The notes: generated by a model from the letters alone, not told the origin. A stretch of 64,000 nt of DNA from Selaginella moellendorffii (GCF_000143415.4 NW_003314332.1:372001-436000); one strand, 5' to 3'. Counted from the stretch's first letter, positions 40,701 through 54,595 are shown. Numbers and translations: made by a program.

Positions 40701-41410
40701 GATTTGGGAATCCGTGGAAGGATGGCTAACACTCCGTTGCTCGTGCAGTGAGTAGCTGAAACCAAGTAGGAGCTGGTACCATAGGCGAAAACCTTGGCAA
40801 GGGAACTTAGCAAAAGCCAGGGCAGTGTTGGACGGATAGACGAGGTAAGCTGGCAAATTGGAAAGGAAAAATTTGTGGCTTACATTAGGAACACACTCAG
40901 AAATAGAGTCAGGAATAGAGTTAAGAAATCAATCTTAACTCTGTAACCACCTTGACCAATTGCGTAATAGTTCACACCAAGAAAGAAGGGCCAGCATCCC
41001 CACCCACAGAAACGCCAGTTGACAACAACATGATGCCACAGCACCGCGAGCACCACAGCAGAGAGCATCCAGACCAGGAACGACACAAGGAGCTAGAGCA
41101 AGAGCAACAATATGAGCTAGAGCTGCCACATCAGCTGCTCAACTTGTCTTTCCTCCAATTTGTTGATGAAGTCCAACACCTCCAGCCGACACCGTAGATG
41201 CCAATCTCGGTGGACTTCGCATGGAAGTTCCATGACGAACAAATGAGTGTTTTTTTATGTGATGGAGTGCAAGCTATGATCAACACTATCATCTTCCAAC
41301 CCTTGGACACAAAGCTCAACAAGATCTAGAGCAACATCCAGCAGCTCAAAAGGAGTGTTCGAGGTACGTCCTTCATGTCAATATATGCAGAGACACGTCA
41401 ATGACCAGCT
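37750..41410 (+). mobile_element. Degenerate non-chromoviral Ty3/gypsy (Athila/Tat-like) remnant with extra 3' ORF, interrupted by a solo LTR
   Basis: RT remnants DVFA, MHQIKL, YSFLDSFSSYNQ, MPFGLSN, MQVFMDDFSIF (38170-38750). A decayed acidic ORF at 39516-39734 continues at 40890-41400 across the solo LTR. Confidence 0.7.
39736..40884 (+). mobile_element. Solo LTR of chromovirus family A with TTAGG target-site duplication
   Basis: TGTAAG...CTTACA termini; TTAGG at 39731-39735 and 40885-40889; homologous to the LTR parts at 43302-44094 and 49312-49780; internal GAGTCC/GAGACC array 39820-40090. Confidence 0.93.
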
Positions 41411-43301
41411 CATGTTGGGGGAATGAAGGGTGCTCCCCCAACACTTGCTCTAGCACAAGAAATGCTCCAATGTATGCCCCTCTCCCCCCCTTTTGCCCTT
41501 GTGAGGCAAGGGTTTTATATAAGGAAGATAAGGAATATTTTAGGATTTGAAATTACTCTCACACTCTCTAAGTGGCCATGCCTTAACATGTGACCATGAT
41601 GGATTGCACTGGCTCCAAATATGCAAGAACTCTCCAAAGAGTGTAAAGTGTACTTCTGTTGTTGATGCCAAATGCTAGTAACTACATGAACTAATAGAAA
41701 CTCTAGAAAACAAAGTGGGAAAAGAAAAGAAAAAGAGTATAAGTGAAGTTTGAAGATCCCGTGGGAAACCCTATAGTCAAACTAGATGATGTAAAAGAAA
41801 AAGTGAAGAAAAGTGTGAAAAGAGAAGACAAATAAAAGAAAAAGAGTGAGTATTTAAAACTTAACTGTACTTGGATTTTAGCTTAGGAAAGTGTAATATA
41901 CAATGCAACCTTGTGATGACTTCAAGTAAGCTCCAAGAATTGGCCAAAATTAAGAATGAAAGAAAGGTAAAAGAGGGGATGCATTGCCCAAAGGTGGTAA
42001 GTGTACAAATGATGAAAGATGGAGTGATATGGTGGAGTGTTGAGATGGTGGCGACACTTTGAGGAGGTGGCCATTTCTAAAAGTGTCAAGCCTATGGTCT
42101 AATATGTTGGACTAAAGAAAACCGCAGCTGGAAAGGATGGCATAGTTGTTAGATTGCCAATAAAGAGAGGTGGCATGTGTCTATTGAGTGTTGGAGTAGG
42201 AGAAATTAGCTTCGGCTTCTGTGGTCTCACCTAAGAATCCACCTAAGTGCCTTGAGTGAAGAGGTTCACCTAGTTGGAAGAAAGTCACTCCAGAAAAGCT
42301 AGCATGTCATTAGCAAATGGTCGCAATGATATCTCAAAAACAACACATACAAAGGAGGTGATGTTTTTTGTTGATATGGTGTAAATATGACCTCAAATGT
42401 GGATGATGGTGAAAGAATGAAAGATGTAAGATAAACATCTAAAAATAAGAGTGGGCAATGCTTGTGGAAGTGATTAGTGATGGATTTGTGAATGTGGATG
42501 ATATGGAATGTGCATGGGGAATGAATGGGGTAGAGTAATGGTAAGGGAAGGGCCAAAAAACCTAAAATATAGCCTGAGCCAAGTGAGAGACCTCCATGCA
42601 AATGGCAATATAACCTGAGCATGAAATCCAAAGCAAGAGCCATGGTCCAGTGAAGAAACACCCTCTAAAAATAAGAAAAGAAATTGTGAAAGTAAAGAGA
42701 AAGAAAAAAAGCAAATGAAAAAAAAGAGAAAAGGAACATCTCATCGGATGAAGTGTTTGAAGTGAGAGTGGTTGTGAGCATGTGGGAGCTCATATCTGTC
42801 AGTGCTTCTAATGCTTTGAGTGTGTGATCTCCAATGCAAGGACTAAAGCCAAGTATTCTACTAGTGAGGGAAGATCCTTCATTGAAGTTGAGTCCAAGTT
42901 TGGGGCTGAATCTTCAATGCAACACACTTGGATTTGTATCAGGGGCTCTATGGTAGAAAACTCTGAATTCAAAGAGCTAGAACTCATATACAACATGTCC
43001 AATTGGCTTGATTCTTTCTTTCAACTATTTGCCTGGATGTTACCCTTTGTCTCTAAAAATGGTATGACAAAACACACCTAGAGTCATCAGTTACAACAAT
43101 TTTTGTGGGAAGATGCTGGCTGTGTGACACCTCAAACACTTGCTAAAGAGAATTGAATTCAGTTGCATCCTATGAAAGATGGGCCTAGTCTAGAGTGACT
43201 TTATCATCAAGCTCCATGAGAGAGAGTTGGTTCCAAGCAAGAAACAAGTAAAGAAGCCCATCCTCAATCGGGAAACACTCCAAAAAGTTGGATGTAGAAG
43301 C

Positions 43302-46300
43302 TGAGTGCAACACTTGCTTTGGGACATCGGGGTGAAACACCGTGGCCTAACGGCCTGGTATGGGTACCTTTACCCCTCCACTTCCATCCCGAAGGGAAGG
43401 CCCAAGCCCCTAGGAAGGGCGAGGACCAATGAGCCACAAGGTACTCAAGTGGGGCACCACTCCACATGAGCCGGGAGCACCACTGTCGGTTTCCTTTCCG
43501 GGAGTGGGAGCTGCTCTTGAGCACTTCCTTGGGTGGCCCCTTTGGCACCACCCGAGTCCATGCTCACTCCCAACCAAGGCCCCTCGGCCCTAATCTCAAC
43601 CTCAAGTCAGTTTGAAAGCACCATTGGAGAGTTCCTTTAAGACTGGTTCCTAGACCTCACTATCCCTACTATACTTTTGGAACCCCCTGCAGCGCCCCCT
43701 CCCCCTTGGGAGACACACGCTTTGGGCTTTCTTCCTTGACCTGTATTAGTACTCAGACTCGGTCTTGGACTCGATCTCGATCTCGATCTCGGACCCGACT
43801 TCAGACTCGGTCTCAGACTCAATCTTGGACTCGACCTCGGATCTGATCTTGGACTCAACCTCAGACTCGGTCTCGGACCCGATCTCGGATCTTAGACTTT
43901 GTCTCGAACTAGGTCTCGAACTCGGTCTTGGAGTCGGCCTTGGACTCGATCCCAGACTCTATCTCGAACTCGGTCTTAGAGTCAGTCTTGGACTCGATCT
44001 CAGACTCGATCCCATCTGATGAACTCTTTATCATTTCGGTCGTGCTTTCAGGGATCCTTTAGCCTACAACACATCGGGGAGTTGGTTCTTTACAACTCCA
44101 CCACCCATAGAAGAAGTTTGATGCCCACATTGAATGTCTCTTTTTAATCCTACGACTTGTTGACCATGTCTTCAGGGGCATCCCCCCACTTAGCAGTGTG
44201 CTTAAGTTAGCCTCCCTGGCCAAGAGCCCATAACAATAGAATATAGGTGTCCCTATACCCCTCACCTCACCATGCCCTAGTATGGGGTCGGGACTTGAAC
44301 CCAGCTTTGCTTTACTAGGGGGTTGGGACTTGAAGCCAACCGCCGTAGAATATGTCTACGGATTCGATATCCCTGCAGGGAGTTAGGCGTAGTTCCCTAC
44401 GCTTGGTTGACCTAACTAACCCATGCTAATTAGCTTACTTTCAACACGCCTTTGGGTCCCAACACATGCTATTGCTCAACTTCACAAATTAATACTTTAA
44501 TTAAACTTTGCATAAGTACATAGAGTTTTGTCTTGCAGAAATTCCTCCATTACATCTCACACGTTTGCTAGGTTCTCCTTTGGTTCCCATGTTGCTTCAT
44601 AGTGTGGAAATCCTTTCCACTTCACATGGAACTCCCTCGCTTCGTGTCTTTGTCGTTTGCTCTTGTGTGCATTGAGGATGGCCTCAACTTCGTATTCCTG
44701 GATAACCTTAAATAAAGGTCTTACTTGGTCCTTGCAAAGCAGATCCTCAAAGTATAGCTTGAGTAAGTTCATATGGAACATTGGGTGCATCTTCCCCATC
44801 TCTTGAGGAAGTCGAAGGCTGGTAAGCCACCTTACCGATTCGTGCCTCAATCTCGTAAGGCCTTGCAAACCTGCTTAAGGAACTCAAGATTAGTTCATTT
44901 CTAGAAATACATGCATTTTTACCTCTAGGTTAACTTTTGGCTGATCCCACTTGGTAGCATGAGGTTCTTGGTGTTCAGCCACACCTTCTCCCTAGTTTGG
45001 AACTCTACATCCCGGTGCTTCTGGTTCATGTACTTGGTATGGTTTTGTTGAGCCCGTTCCAAAGAATCCCTCACTAGCTTCCAAATATTGAGTCTTTCCG
45101 CCGTGAATGCCTCCACCACGGGTAACTCTCCATGATACTTGGCCACCCCGAGTTCCATAGAACCTTCAATAGCTCACCTATTGATGACTTCCCATGGACT
45201 CACCCCGATATTCGAGTGGTGAGTTGTTATAGCACATTTCCGCAAGTCCCAAATGAATTACCCAATCAGTTTGGTCTCTCGAGACATAGCATCGCAAATA
45301 ATCCTTCAACTGCCTATTCACCTTTTCCATTTGTCCGTATGTTAAGAAATGTTAGTGCCATCAAACTTGACTTAATACCCAATACCTGTCTGTGGGTGAT
45401 AGGCTGCGCTGAATTTCAACTTGGTGCGATACTGTTCCAGGAGAGTTCTCCAGAACCTACTGGTGAAGATCTTATCTCAATCTGAGATGATCTCTTCTGG
45501 CCTTCCCCGTACTCAAACCACTTGTTCGAAGAACAGCTTCGCCACACCTTCCACATCCACTTCCGTTGTGGTGGGTATGAAATGTGCCATCTTCGAAAAT
45601 CAGTCTACCACCACGAATATCGCATCAAACCCCTCGTTTGGGGGAAGTCCCGTAATGAAGTCCATCGTAAGACATTTCTATGGCCGATCTAGAATTGGGA
45701 TGCTTTGTAACAAACCCCCACTAGCCTTAGTCACGGCTTTAACCTGTTGACATCTTGGACATGTCTTTACATAGTCTTGAACGTCCTTAGCCATATCTAG
45801 CTAGTGATACTTCCTCTTGAGTAAGCCTATCATCTTGGGCACTCCGCCGTGTCTTGCAAGAGGTCCGTCATGACACTCTTCTAAGGCTACCTTCCTTAGT
45901 TCCCTTTTTGGAACATACACCCTCGTTTGTTTATAATAGATGAGTCCATTGCGTTTCGCATAACTTGTTTTCTCTTCCATTGGCAACTCACATCTCTGGT
46001 GAGCTTCTCGTGCCTCTTGGTTCCTCAGCAACACTTCTTGTACTAGACCATCATTCTCAAATGTTGTCCGCACATCGTCCCAAAAGGTTGCTGTGGTGCT
46101 AGATATTGCCAACTTCAAGCTTGCTTTTCGACTTAGAGCATCTGCCATGATGTTGCTCTTCCCAGGTTTATACAGAATCTTACAATTAAACTTAGCCAAA
46201 GCATTGGCCCACCAACCTTGTTTCCCTCTTAGGTTGGGTTTGACAAGAAGTGTTTCTTTGCCATATTATCCGTGTAAAATTTGAAGTGCTTCCCAAGGTA

Positions 46301-49300
46301 GTATCGCCACTCCTTGAGCGCTTTGACCACCACAAATAATTCCTTCTCGTAGGTAGGCCACTTTCGCTGAGCTTTGTCCAACTTCTTCAAGAAGAATGCC
46401 ACTAGATGGTTGTCTTGCTTCAAAACTGTGCCCAACGCAAAGTCTGAAGTATCTGTTTCTACCTCAAAGTCCTTACCAAAGTCGAGTAACATCAACATAG
46501 GTGTCTTCCTCAACTTCCCTTTGAGGTGGATAAATGTCGCCTCGCATTCTACTGTCCATACCATCTTCCCTTTACCCATTTGATTCATTAAAGGCAAGGC
46601 TACTCTCGAATAGTGTTTGATAAACTTTCAGTAGTAGTTGCATATCCCCATAAACGCCCTCAACTCATGTACATTTGATGGTCGCTCCCATTCTTGGATT
46701 GTTGGACCTTCTCAGGGTCCACCTTGAGCTCGTCCTTGCCCACCACATGCCCGAGAAACTTTACCTCTTGTTGAGTAAAGTCATATTTGCTCTCTTTAGC
46801 ATACAGCTTGTATTCCCTTAGTTTCTCAAACACCTTCATCAAATGTTTGACATGCTCGCCTAGTGTTTTGCTATAGTTCAGGATGTCATCAATATAGATA
46901 ACTACAAAGTGATCTAGATAGGGTACAAAGATGTGGTTCATCAGTGCCAAAAGTGTTGCCAGCACATTGCACAGCCCAAAGGGCATCACTAGAAATTCAA
47001 AGTTCCCATACCTTGTTCGATAGGTTGTCTTCTCGACATCTTCCTCTGCTACCCTAATCTAGTAATATCCCAACTTTAGGTCAATCCTCGATAAGTATTT
47101 TGCCTTTCCCAACCTATCAAACAGGTCCTCAATCCTTGGCAAAGGGTACTTATTCTTCTTTGTATACTTGCTGAGCAACTGGTAGTCTATGCACATGCAT
47201 ATAGATCCATCTTTCTTTTTCACAAATAACACTAACGCCGCATACGATAACTTCCTCAACCTAATATACTCTTTGTCCACCAATTCTTTTAGTTGGTGCT
47301 TGAGCTCCTCGAGTTCCTTTTTGTTCAAACGATAGGGGGGACGAAACACTACCTTAGCACCCTTGACCAACTCAATCTTGTGCTCTATCGGTTGTGTGGG
47401 GGGCAACCCCGCTAGTAGCTCCTTCGGCATGGTATCTTGGAATTAGTCCAACACCCGTTGGATCACTAAAGGCACTTCTTCCGTTCTTGTATTTTTGTCA
47501 CTCTTCACCGAGAGTAAGCACAAAAATGTTGCCTTAGTTCCTTTAGTGAGTTGTCCTCTCATGGACACCAGGTTTAAGCAGGAGTCTTTGGCCTTACATT
47601 GCCCTACCTTTAGATCTTGGGGCTCCACCTTGGATCATTCTCCCTGGGCATTCGCCAGTACCACAAGGTTCCTACCTTATCCATGCAGGGCTATTATGAA
47701 CCGATTAAATCAATCCATCCCGAAGATTACGTCAAATCCCGCCATGTCCAACACAGTGAAATCTATGTCTACTTTCCAAGTCACTACTTTGACTCTCGCT
47801 TGTCGAAGTACTTCATTGGTGCTTTGGCTACCTTGAACAAACTTTATCGTCCTTGGTTCACCCAGCCGCTACACTGTTAGTTCGGCTTGCCAGACTATGT
47901 CTGCAGCCACAAAATTATTTGAAGCACCCGTGTCAATAAGGATCTTAACAAAGCTACCTTCGAGCTTCCCTTGGAGGGTTAGTAGATGTTGTAAACGACT
48001 CTCTACCAAAGTTGCTCGTGTAATGAGTAACTTTGAGTTAGGGACTAGATCACATACCTCAGTTTGAGTTTCACCCGACTCAATGGCCATATTGGCTCTG
48101 GCCTTCTTCGAGTAGGGATATTCCCTCGAAAAGTGTCCCGCTTCACCGAAGTTGTAGCATACGTTGTTTCCCACGCTGCTAGTAGACTTAACCTTTTTAT
48201 CTGTGGGTTTGTCTCTTTTTGCTTGACTCCCCCACGTACTTGCTCGCTGGCCACCGGATCTGCCCTTCTGGAACCAAGGACTCATTCTTAAAAAACTCTT
48301 CTTGAATTTCCCTTTGCAATATATTCCCCTTGGTTTGGCCCCTTTGCTAAATGTGGACCCCGACCCTGTCATGTTCCCCTTTCGCAAGTTATCATTGAAA
48401 TGCACCTTGATAGCCGCATCCAACGCTTCCTTGTAGTTGGTCAAGTTCCAACGCATCACCTCGCTGCGAGCCTAGGTTTACAAGCCTGATATGAAGGCAT
48501 AGAACGCATCCATATCACCCATATCCGTGACAAGTATCCTCTTTGCCATAAACTCATTCACATACTCTTGAATGGTTCCGGTCTGTTTCAGTGTACTCAG
48601 CTCATCCTTTAGGTGTAGAGTAGCATTCGGAGGAACGTAAGTCGCACAGATCCTCGCCTTCATCATTTCCCAAGTGTCCATCAGTCCTTCATTGGCCTCT
48701 ATTATTCTCCACCAAGACTTGGCATTATCTGCCAAGTATGGTTTTGCACATGGGACCTTCTCTGAGCTTGGTAACTGCAACACTTGAAAGTAGTTCTCCA
48801 TGTCATAAAACTAATCCTCCACCACTTTATAGTCATTCACTCCCTTGAAGACTGGTGGGGGCTTTGGTTTGTACTTGGAAATTGTTTGAGGGATTGATTC
48901 CACTTTGGTCTATTTGACCTTGTTTGGTTCTGCCTTAGTCCCTGCCAAAGGGTCTGCACCTTCTGCTCTGCTAGCATCTGCATTCTTTTGCCTTCTTCCG
49001 CTTCTCGTCATACTTGAGCTTGCATACGAGAGTCTCTAGTAGGGCATTGGTTTGTGCCAATCTTCCTTCTAAAATATCAAATCGAGCCTTAGATGACCGA
49101 ACCTCACCACCAGACTCCTGTTTGGAAGTTTCCTCACTGGAGTCCTCTTCATGCAAGGATTCCTCATCCATAGCCTCTTGTTCGACCGGAGGCTCTAGTT
49201 CTGGAGGAGGTTCAGTCTCCACCTTGGTTTGTTTACTCCCTACCTTCGCCATCTCCCAGCAATCTGCCTCTATCCTTAGCTAAAATTGAAGAAAAGGCTC

Positions 49301-49780
49301 TGATGCCAAATTGTAAGCCACAAATTTTTCCTTTCCAATTTGCCAGCTTACCTCGTTTATCCGACTAACACCGCCTTGGCCTTTGCTAAGTTCCCTCACC
49401 AAGGTTCCTGCTTATTCTACCAACTCCTACTTGGTCCTACTTGGTTTCAACTACTCATTAAATGAGTAATAGAGCGTTAGCCATCCATCCACGGATTTCC
49501 AAATCTCTCCCAATCCCCCTCCCTGGGTTAGACTGAACTTAAGGTTCAACTACACTCCCCAGAGGCACAAGCAGCCAAGCACACCAAACCTCCAGGTTTC
49601 TAACAACCCTTGGTATAACAAGATTTGATCATGGGACCCTCTAAATCCCAAGCCTTGGGTGTAACACTTGTTTTGGGATGCCGAGGTGAAACACCATGGC
49701 CTAACGGCCCGGTATGGATACTTCTACCCCCCCACTTTCATCCTGAAGGGAAGGCCCAAGTCCCTAGGAAGGGCGAAGAC
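43302..49780 (-). mobile_element. Chromovirus Ty3/gypsy element (family A), full gag-pol with stops; both LTRs truncated
   Basis: 5' LTR remnant 49312-49780, PBS TGGCATCAGAGC (~49297-49308), gag 49252-47870 (CYNFGEAGHFSREY), protease ILIDTGAS, RT YIDD, RNase H ETDTSDFALG, integrase, chromodomain YEVEAIL..FHVKWKGFPHYEATWEP (44557-44700), PPT ATGGGTGGTGGAGT, 3' LTR 44094-43302. Confidence 0.95.
44150..44410 (-). ncRNA. Structured RNA cassette in chromovirus 3' UTR (two T-loop hairpins, GACA hairpin, four-way junction)
   Basis: Minus strand reads GGTTGGC-TTCAAGT-CCCAACC, CTAGTA..GGG-TTCAAGT-CCC..TACTAG, GGGTATAGG-GACA-CCTATATTC, then a three-arm junction. Homologous to 54596-55010. Confidence 0.6.
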
Positions 49781-50483
49781 GAGCCTGGGTAGGTTTTGAG
49801 CTCATGAGCTCATGAGCTAAGCTCACAGCTTCTCAAACACAAGAAAAACATTGGTTCGTCCCGAACCAACATCTTTCCATTTTTCAAATTTTGATTTAAT
49901 CTATATTTCCAAGTAAATTCGACCAATAAAATACAAATATAAATATAGATCTGAACACTAAAAGCAATCTAGAAACACTTCTCAAGCTCCGCAACTGTAA
50001 GGCTTGCCTGGTGGATGTGATGGTCGATCTTAGGATCTTGGTTTAGTTCCTGCATAAAAATGTAATAGATGTGCTTGCAGGCTAAATATACCTTTCCCCT
50101 GTTCTCCCGCTGTGTAAAATCTGGACAGGTACAGGATGGATTTTCGCAGATTTTAACAGTGTAGCTTGTACCCTTTGATGACTCAGTCACAATAATAAAC
50201 TCCTTAGCCATAGCATTGATGTAGTTTGTCTTTGTGATTGTGCACTTTAGTGTGAGACACAAAATCCCTAGGCCCCAAAGTGGAGCCGGAAGGGCACCAC
50301 ATGGTAGTGGCCGAAGCGAGAGCCAAAAGAGCGTAACACGTTTGGACCAAAAGCTCCGACTTGAAAAGTCAAGAGCGGGAGTGGAACTCCCAACGAAGTG
50401 CTCGAGGAACGAGCACGAAGCGAGCAAAAGGCAAGGCACCAAAAAGGGACCCAAAAGGACCAACACATGACACGTGGGAGTGT

Positions 50484-51113
50484 CCGAAATGGACTCGAGT
50501 TGGAGTCCGAAGTGGAGTCCGAGATGGACTCGAGTTGGAGTCCGAAGTGGAGTCCGAGATGGACTCGAGTTGGAGTCCGAAGTGGAGTCCGAGATGGACC
50601 CGAGTTGGAGTCCGAAGTGGAGTCCGAGGTGGACCCGAGATGGACCCGAGTTGGAGTCCGAAGTGGAGTCCGAGATGGAGTCCGAGATGGGACCCGAGAT
50701 GGAGTCCGAGGTGGACCCGAGATGGACCCGAGTTGGAGTCCGAAGTGGAGTCCGAGATGGACCCGAGATGGAGTCCGAGATGGAGTCCGAGGTGGACCCG
50801 AGATGGACCCGAAATGGAGTCCGAGATGGAGTCCGAGATGGACCCGAGATGGAGTCCGAGATGGAGTCCGAGATGGAGTCCGAGATGGACCCGAGATGGA
50901 CCCGAGATGGAGTCCGAGATGGAGTCCGAGATGGAGTCCGAGATGGAGTCCGAAGTCGAGACCGAGACCGGGACCGGGACCGAGACCGAGACCGAGACCG
51001 AGATCGGGACCGAGACCGAGGCCGAGGCCGAGACCGAGCCCGAGCCCGAGTCCGAGTCCGAATCCGAGTCCGAGTCCGAGTCCGAGTCCGAGTCCGAGTT
51101 CGAGTCCGAGTCC
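50484..51113 (+). repeat. Higher-order GAGTCC/GAGATGGAGTCC/GAGATGGACCC tandem array in LTR U3 (also 56436-57070, 59766-60205, 62946-63575)
   Basis: 6-, 11-, 12- and 35-bp units read directly; these are the source of the low-complexity ORFs. Confidence 0.95.
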
Positions 51114-54100
51114 GGAGCCTGAGAGGGTGAAAGCCCAAAGCGTTCGTCTCCCAGACCCTGGGGGGTTTGGTGAGCCCCAAAAGTATAGTAGGGGGAGGAC
51201 TGCAGTGGAGCCAGTTTGGCCAGGAAAGGCCAGTTTGGCCCAGGAAGGCCGGACCCAGTGTTGGGTGATGAGCTGCCCACTGGGAAGTCCAAGACTAGAG
51301 TGAACACAGACCGACAAGCGGGGTAGCTTGGTGAAGTGTTCAAGAGCCGGCTCTAGTTCCCCCGGGAGATCGACTGGCCGATGCTCCCAGTCCAAGTGTG
51401 GGTGGCACTACCTACTTGGATACCTGGTGTGGCTCAATGGAACCCGCTCTAAGCCCATGGCTAGAGCACCCAAGGGCAGAAGGCGAGGAGAGTACCCAGG
51501 TGGCTCGCGTAAGGCCACGGTGTTCCGAAATGTTGTCCCAAAGGCCCAGACTGTGGAAAGGAAGAGGAGCAGTCCTCTAGGGTAGTGACCAAGGACACAG
51601 TCGTGTGGTGAGGAAGTCCCAGAGGACCGTGGGACTTAGCGGTCGGGCCTGTGGGTCTCGGTCCAATGGCAGTGTTGGCAAACACGGCCAGGGGCAGAAA
51701 GGGACTTAGTGGGGACTGACAGAGGGATATTGGGGAAGGCTATTCCCCTTGTCGGTGGGCATCCTAAGGATGCTAAGGAGTGGATCTGAGATGACCACTC
51801 ACGGATGGTTTGCCTAGTCTTGGGGAGCCAAGACTGTGATGCAAGTGGTATTGGACTACCAGTGTGGCAAAGGTGATTGGGCATGGCCTTAGCGTAACGG
51901 GCTGCTATGTCGGTGGTACCTTTGAGTGTCGGTCATGGGATCGGACACGTGGAGCACTTGGACCAAGTGCAAAGGTTGAGTGGCATGGATGCCATTCTCG
52001 GGGCTAGCAAGCCCCAAGTCCTGAATGGGACTTATGGAGGTTGTGAATGAGACTCCTCCAAGCGGTCGGAGGTGTGGTTAAGTGACTAAAGTAGAATGGA
52101 AAATTTAGTCTCTTACAATTTGGTATCGGAGCTGTTCCTTAGTCCGACTTTTATTGGTGCTCAAGTATATCACCACTAGTGTTGGCATCGGAAGGTCCAA
52201 GGAGTGGGCCTATCCTTGAGGAGTAGCAACTCGGGAAGACATGGCTCTCCATTACAGTTCATGTGTGAACTTGTAGACGAGGTGGTGGATAGAAAAGGGC
52301 CAATAATGGAACGACTTTGGGATCTTGGGAACAGTGCAAGGTTTTCCTCATTGAGTTGAGGAGGTGATCCAGATGAGCGTTTGACTCAGCAAACGGGCTA
52401 ATGTAGTTGGGGTAAACAACTATAGTTGGGATCACGGGGAAGATAGAGACTCCAAAAACGATAAAGGAGTCACAAGTTTATCCTCACATGGTTGAGGCTG
52501 GTGCTCATGAAGGTGAGACTGGAATGGATGACCGTGAGAGGTCAAGTATGGATGAGGACACGAGTCCTCGAAATGGTAGCCGGGGCTACCTCTAATAAAT
52601 GCTGGAACAACCCAAGGAGTTGGGGGTGTATTAAGTGGATGAGTTGGTATTCTCATCACATGGACAAGTAGTCCTAAGGGGCAAAAGTTGCCCTAGAGAA
52701 CAAAATCAAGTGTCGGAGTAACAATTGTGAAAATAGTCCTTTTGAGTAGGACAGGAATGCAAGAAGTGTATTCCAGTGAGCTAGTGCCTCACAAGTAGGA
52801 CCTTACGGGTCGGTGGATTAACCAAGTCCAAAACTGCTAGACAACTCAAGTAGAGTCAAGGGATGGTCCTAAAAGGACTGATAGAAGCATTTGGACTGAG
52901 GTGTGTTTTACCCCACGAAGGATGGGGGGGGATCATAGGATCCAACGATGAGAACAGAGAGTATCTCATCGATGGCAAAATATGCCATGCTAAAGTTATG
53001 GGAAAGATGTTCCCAGAAGAAAACAACTTTGACACAAAGTTGTGTGTGACCTCTATGGTGTAGTGCTAACGCATGGTTGGCATGAGAAAGAGCGGTGTTG
53101 GTCTTAGCAAAGACTTAAACACGAAGGGGAAGTGTCATAGAGGTAGGCTCGTGGAGCTGATGGTGTGGAGACACCAAATGTGCCAAGGTGTGATACCTTG
53201 AGGCTATGTTGGTGGGTTCATGAGAACCCCTTGCCAAAGGAATCCCAATGGAAATGGGAATGGCATAGCCTATGCGGCAGAGCATGCAGTTGGAGTGCGG
53301 TGACCCAGATAATGATGGAGGTGTGCAAGCACCAAGCAATGAGTTGTAGGACTTGACAACTATGAGGCAACTAAGCAAGAGGTGCAAAATAACTGATTAA
53401 ACGGGTAGAAGGTAGCTACCCAAGACTTCTAGTATAGGGAAGTCGGATATACCCTTACGGGGGATAAGTTTCTTATGTTGCGATATAGTAAGTCAATGTC
53501 ATAAAAGGAAATACTCATTGTCAAGAAAGCCATCATTGGGACACCCGAACACTCTAGAACACCAGAAGGTGGTGTTTGATATCGCGAGGGCAATGGATAA
53601 AGCCCAAGGGACTAAGTCCCTAGCGAATGATGGATAGAAGGTGCTATCCAAATGTCCAAGGTTGCGGAGACAGGAGAGGACTGTCTACCCAAGTTGGACA
53701 AAGCCAAAAATGGAATTTTGGCAAGGCTAGTGATGGGCATGTAAAGGCCCATAAGCAACAAATGTAATCCCAGTGTGTGGGATTATAAGCTGAGCATACC
53801 CGGATTGAGGAACCACTCCCTGGGCTATTGGGTAGGTTCATCCCTAAGAATACTTGCTAAAGCATGACAGAAAGTGCAAAGCTATCCTCCTGGTCTGGAG
53901 GAGAATGACCGAAGGAAAGGTGTGAAGCCAAAGGCAAGTAGTATTGGGATGGAACTGAACCATAAAAATCAAAGGACATATCCAACAGTGGTTATGAAAG
54001 TTGGGAGTGGAGAAGCAAGAGGGTGCTCGAGGATGTTGTTGCTAGCAACCGTGATGCCATGGAGAGTCTAAAATATGGAATTGTCCATGTTAGACTATAT

Positions 54101-54595
54101 TGCAACTATAAAGCTTGCGAAAGGGGAGGCCTTAGCAAGCTGAGGGACAGAGCTCCTTCAAGGTTCCCAAAGACGATTCTAGGTAGCGTAGTACCTAGAA
54201 AGGCCAAGTGTAAATGGTTCATGGAACGCGCGAAATTAGAGTGGCGCAGCAGAAGCGTGGTCTTGAAGCTTGCCATGAGGCAAGGTTATCAAGGTTAGGG
54301 AAGTAGTTCCCGAGTGTTCAAAGAGAGGGCTTTGAACGAAAGTCGATGGTCAAGGACTTTCACGCTTATGCAGGAACCATGTTACAATGGTCGGAGGACT
54401 TGCCAAGTGAGATTGGCACGTCGGGGGAACAAAGACCCTAGTTGAAGGTGATAACTTCAAAAAGGGTGGGCCATGGGGCCGAGCATGGAGGAGTCCATGC
54501 ATGATCACAGACATGTCAAGTGAGAGGACTTGGCAGTGTGGAGGAACTAGGTTCCTAAGCTGTGATCTGTAGCGCGCTTTAAAAATAGGTTGGTG

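Noticed and set aside
41410-43300. Purine-rich region with short ORFs and a hairpin at ~41414-41443
   Set aside because: Probably retroelement UTR or LTR debris, but I could not define boundaries or motifs.
50484-51113. Possible CRISPR-like array
   Set aside because: No unique spacers, eukaryotic LTR context and no cas genes.
50268-51395. Long RS/RD/SD/GL-rich ORFs in several frames (also 56140-57352, 59478-60405, 62817-63867, 39787-40101)
   Set aside because: They arise from stop-free GAGTCC-type tandem repeats inside LTRs and are open on both strands; there is no evidence they are proteins.
54380-54570. Possible vestigial chromodomain (HVK*) in LARD interior
   Set aside because: Too degenerate to support by eye; it needs a frameshift-aware profile search.
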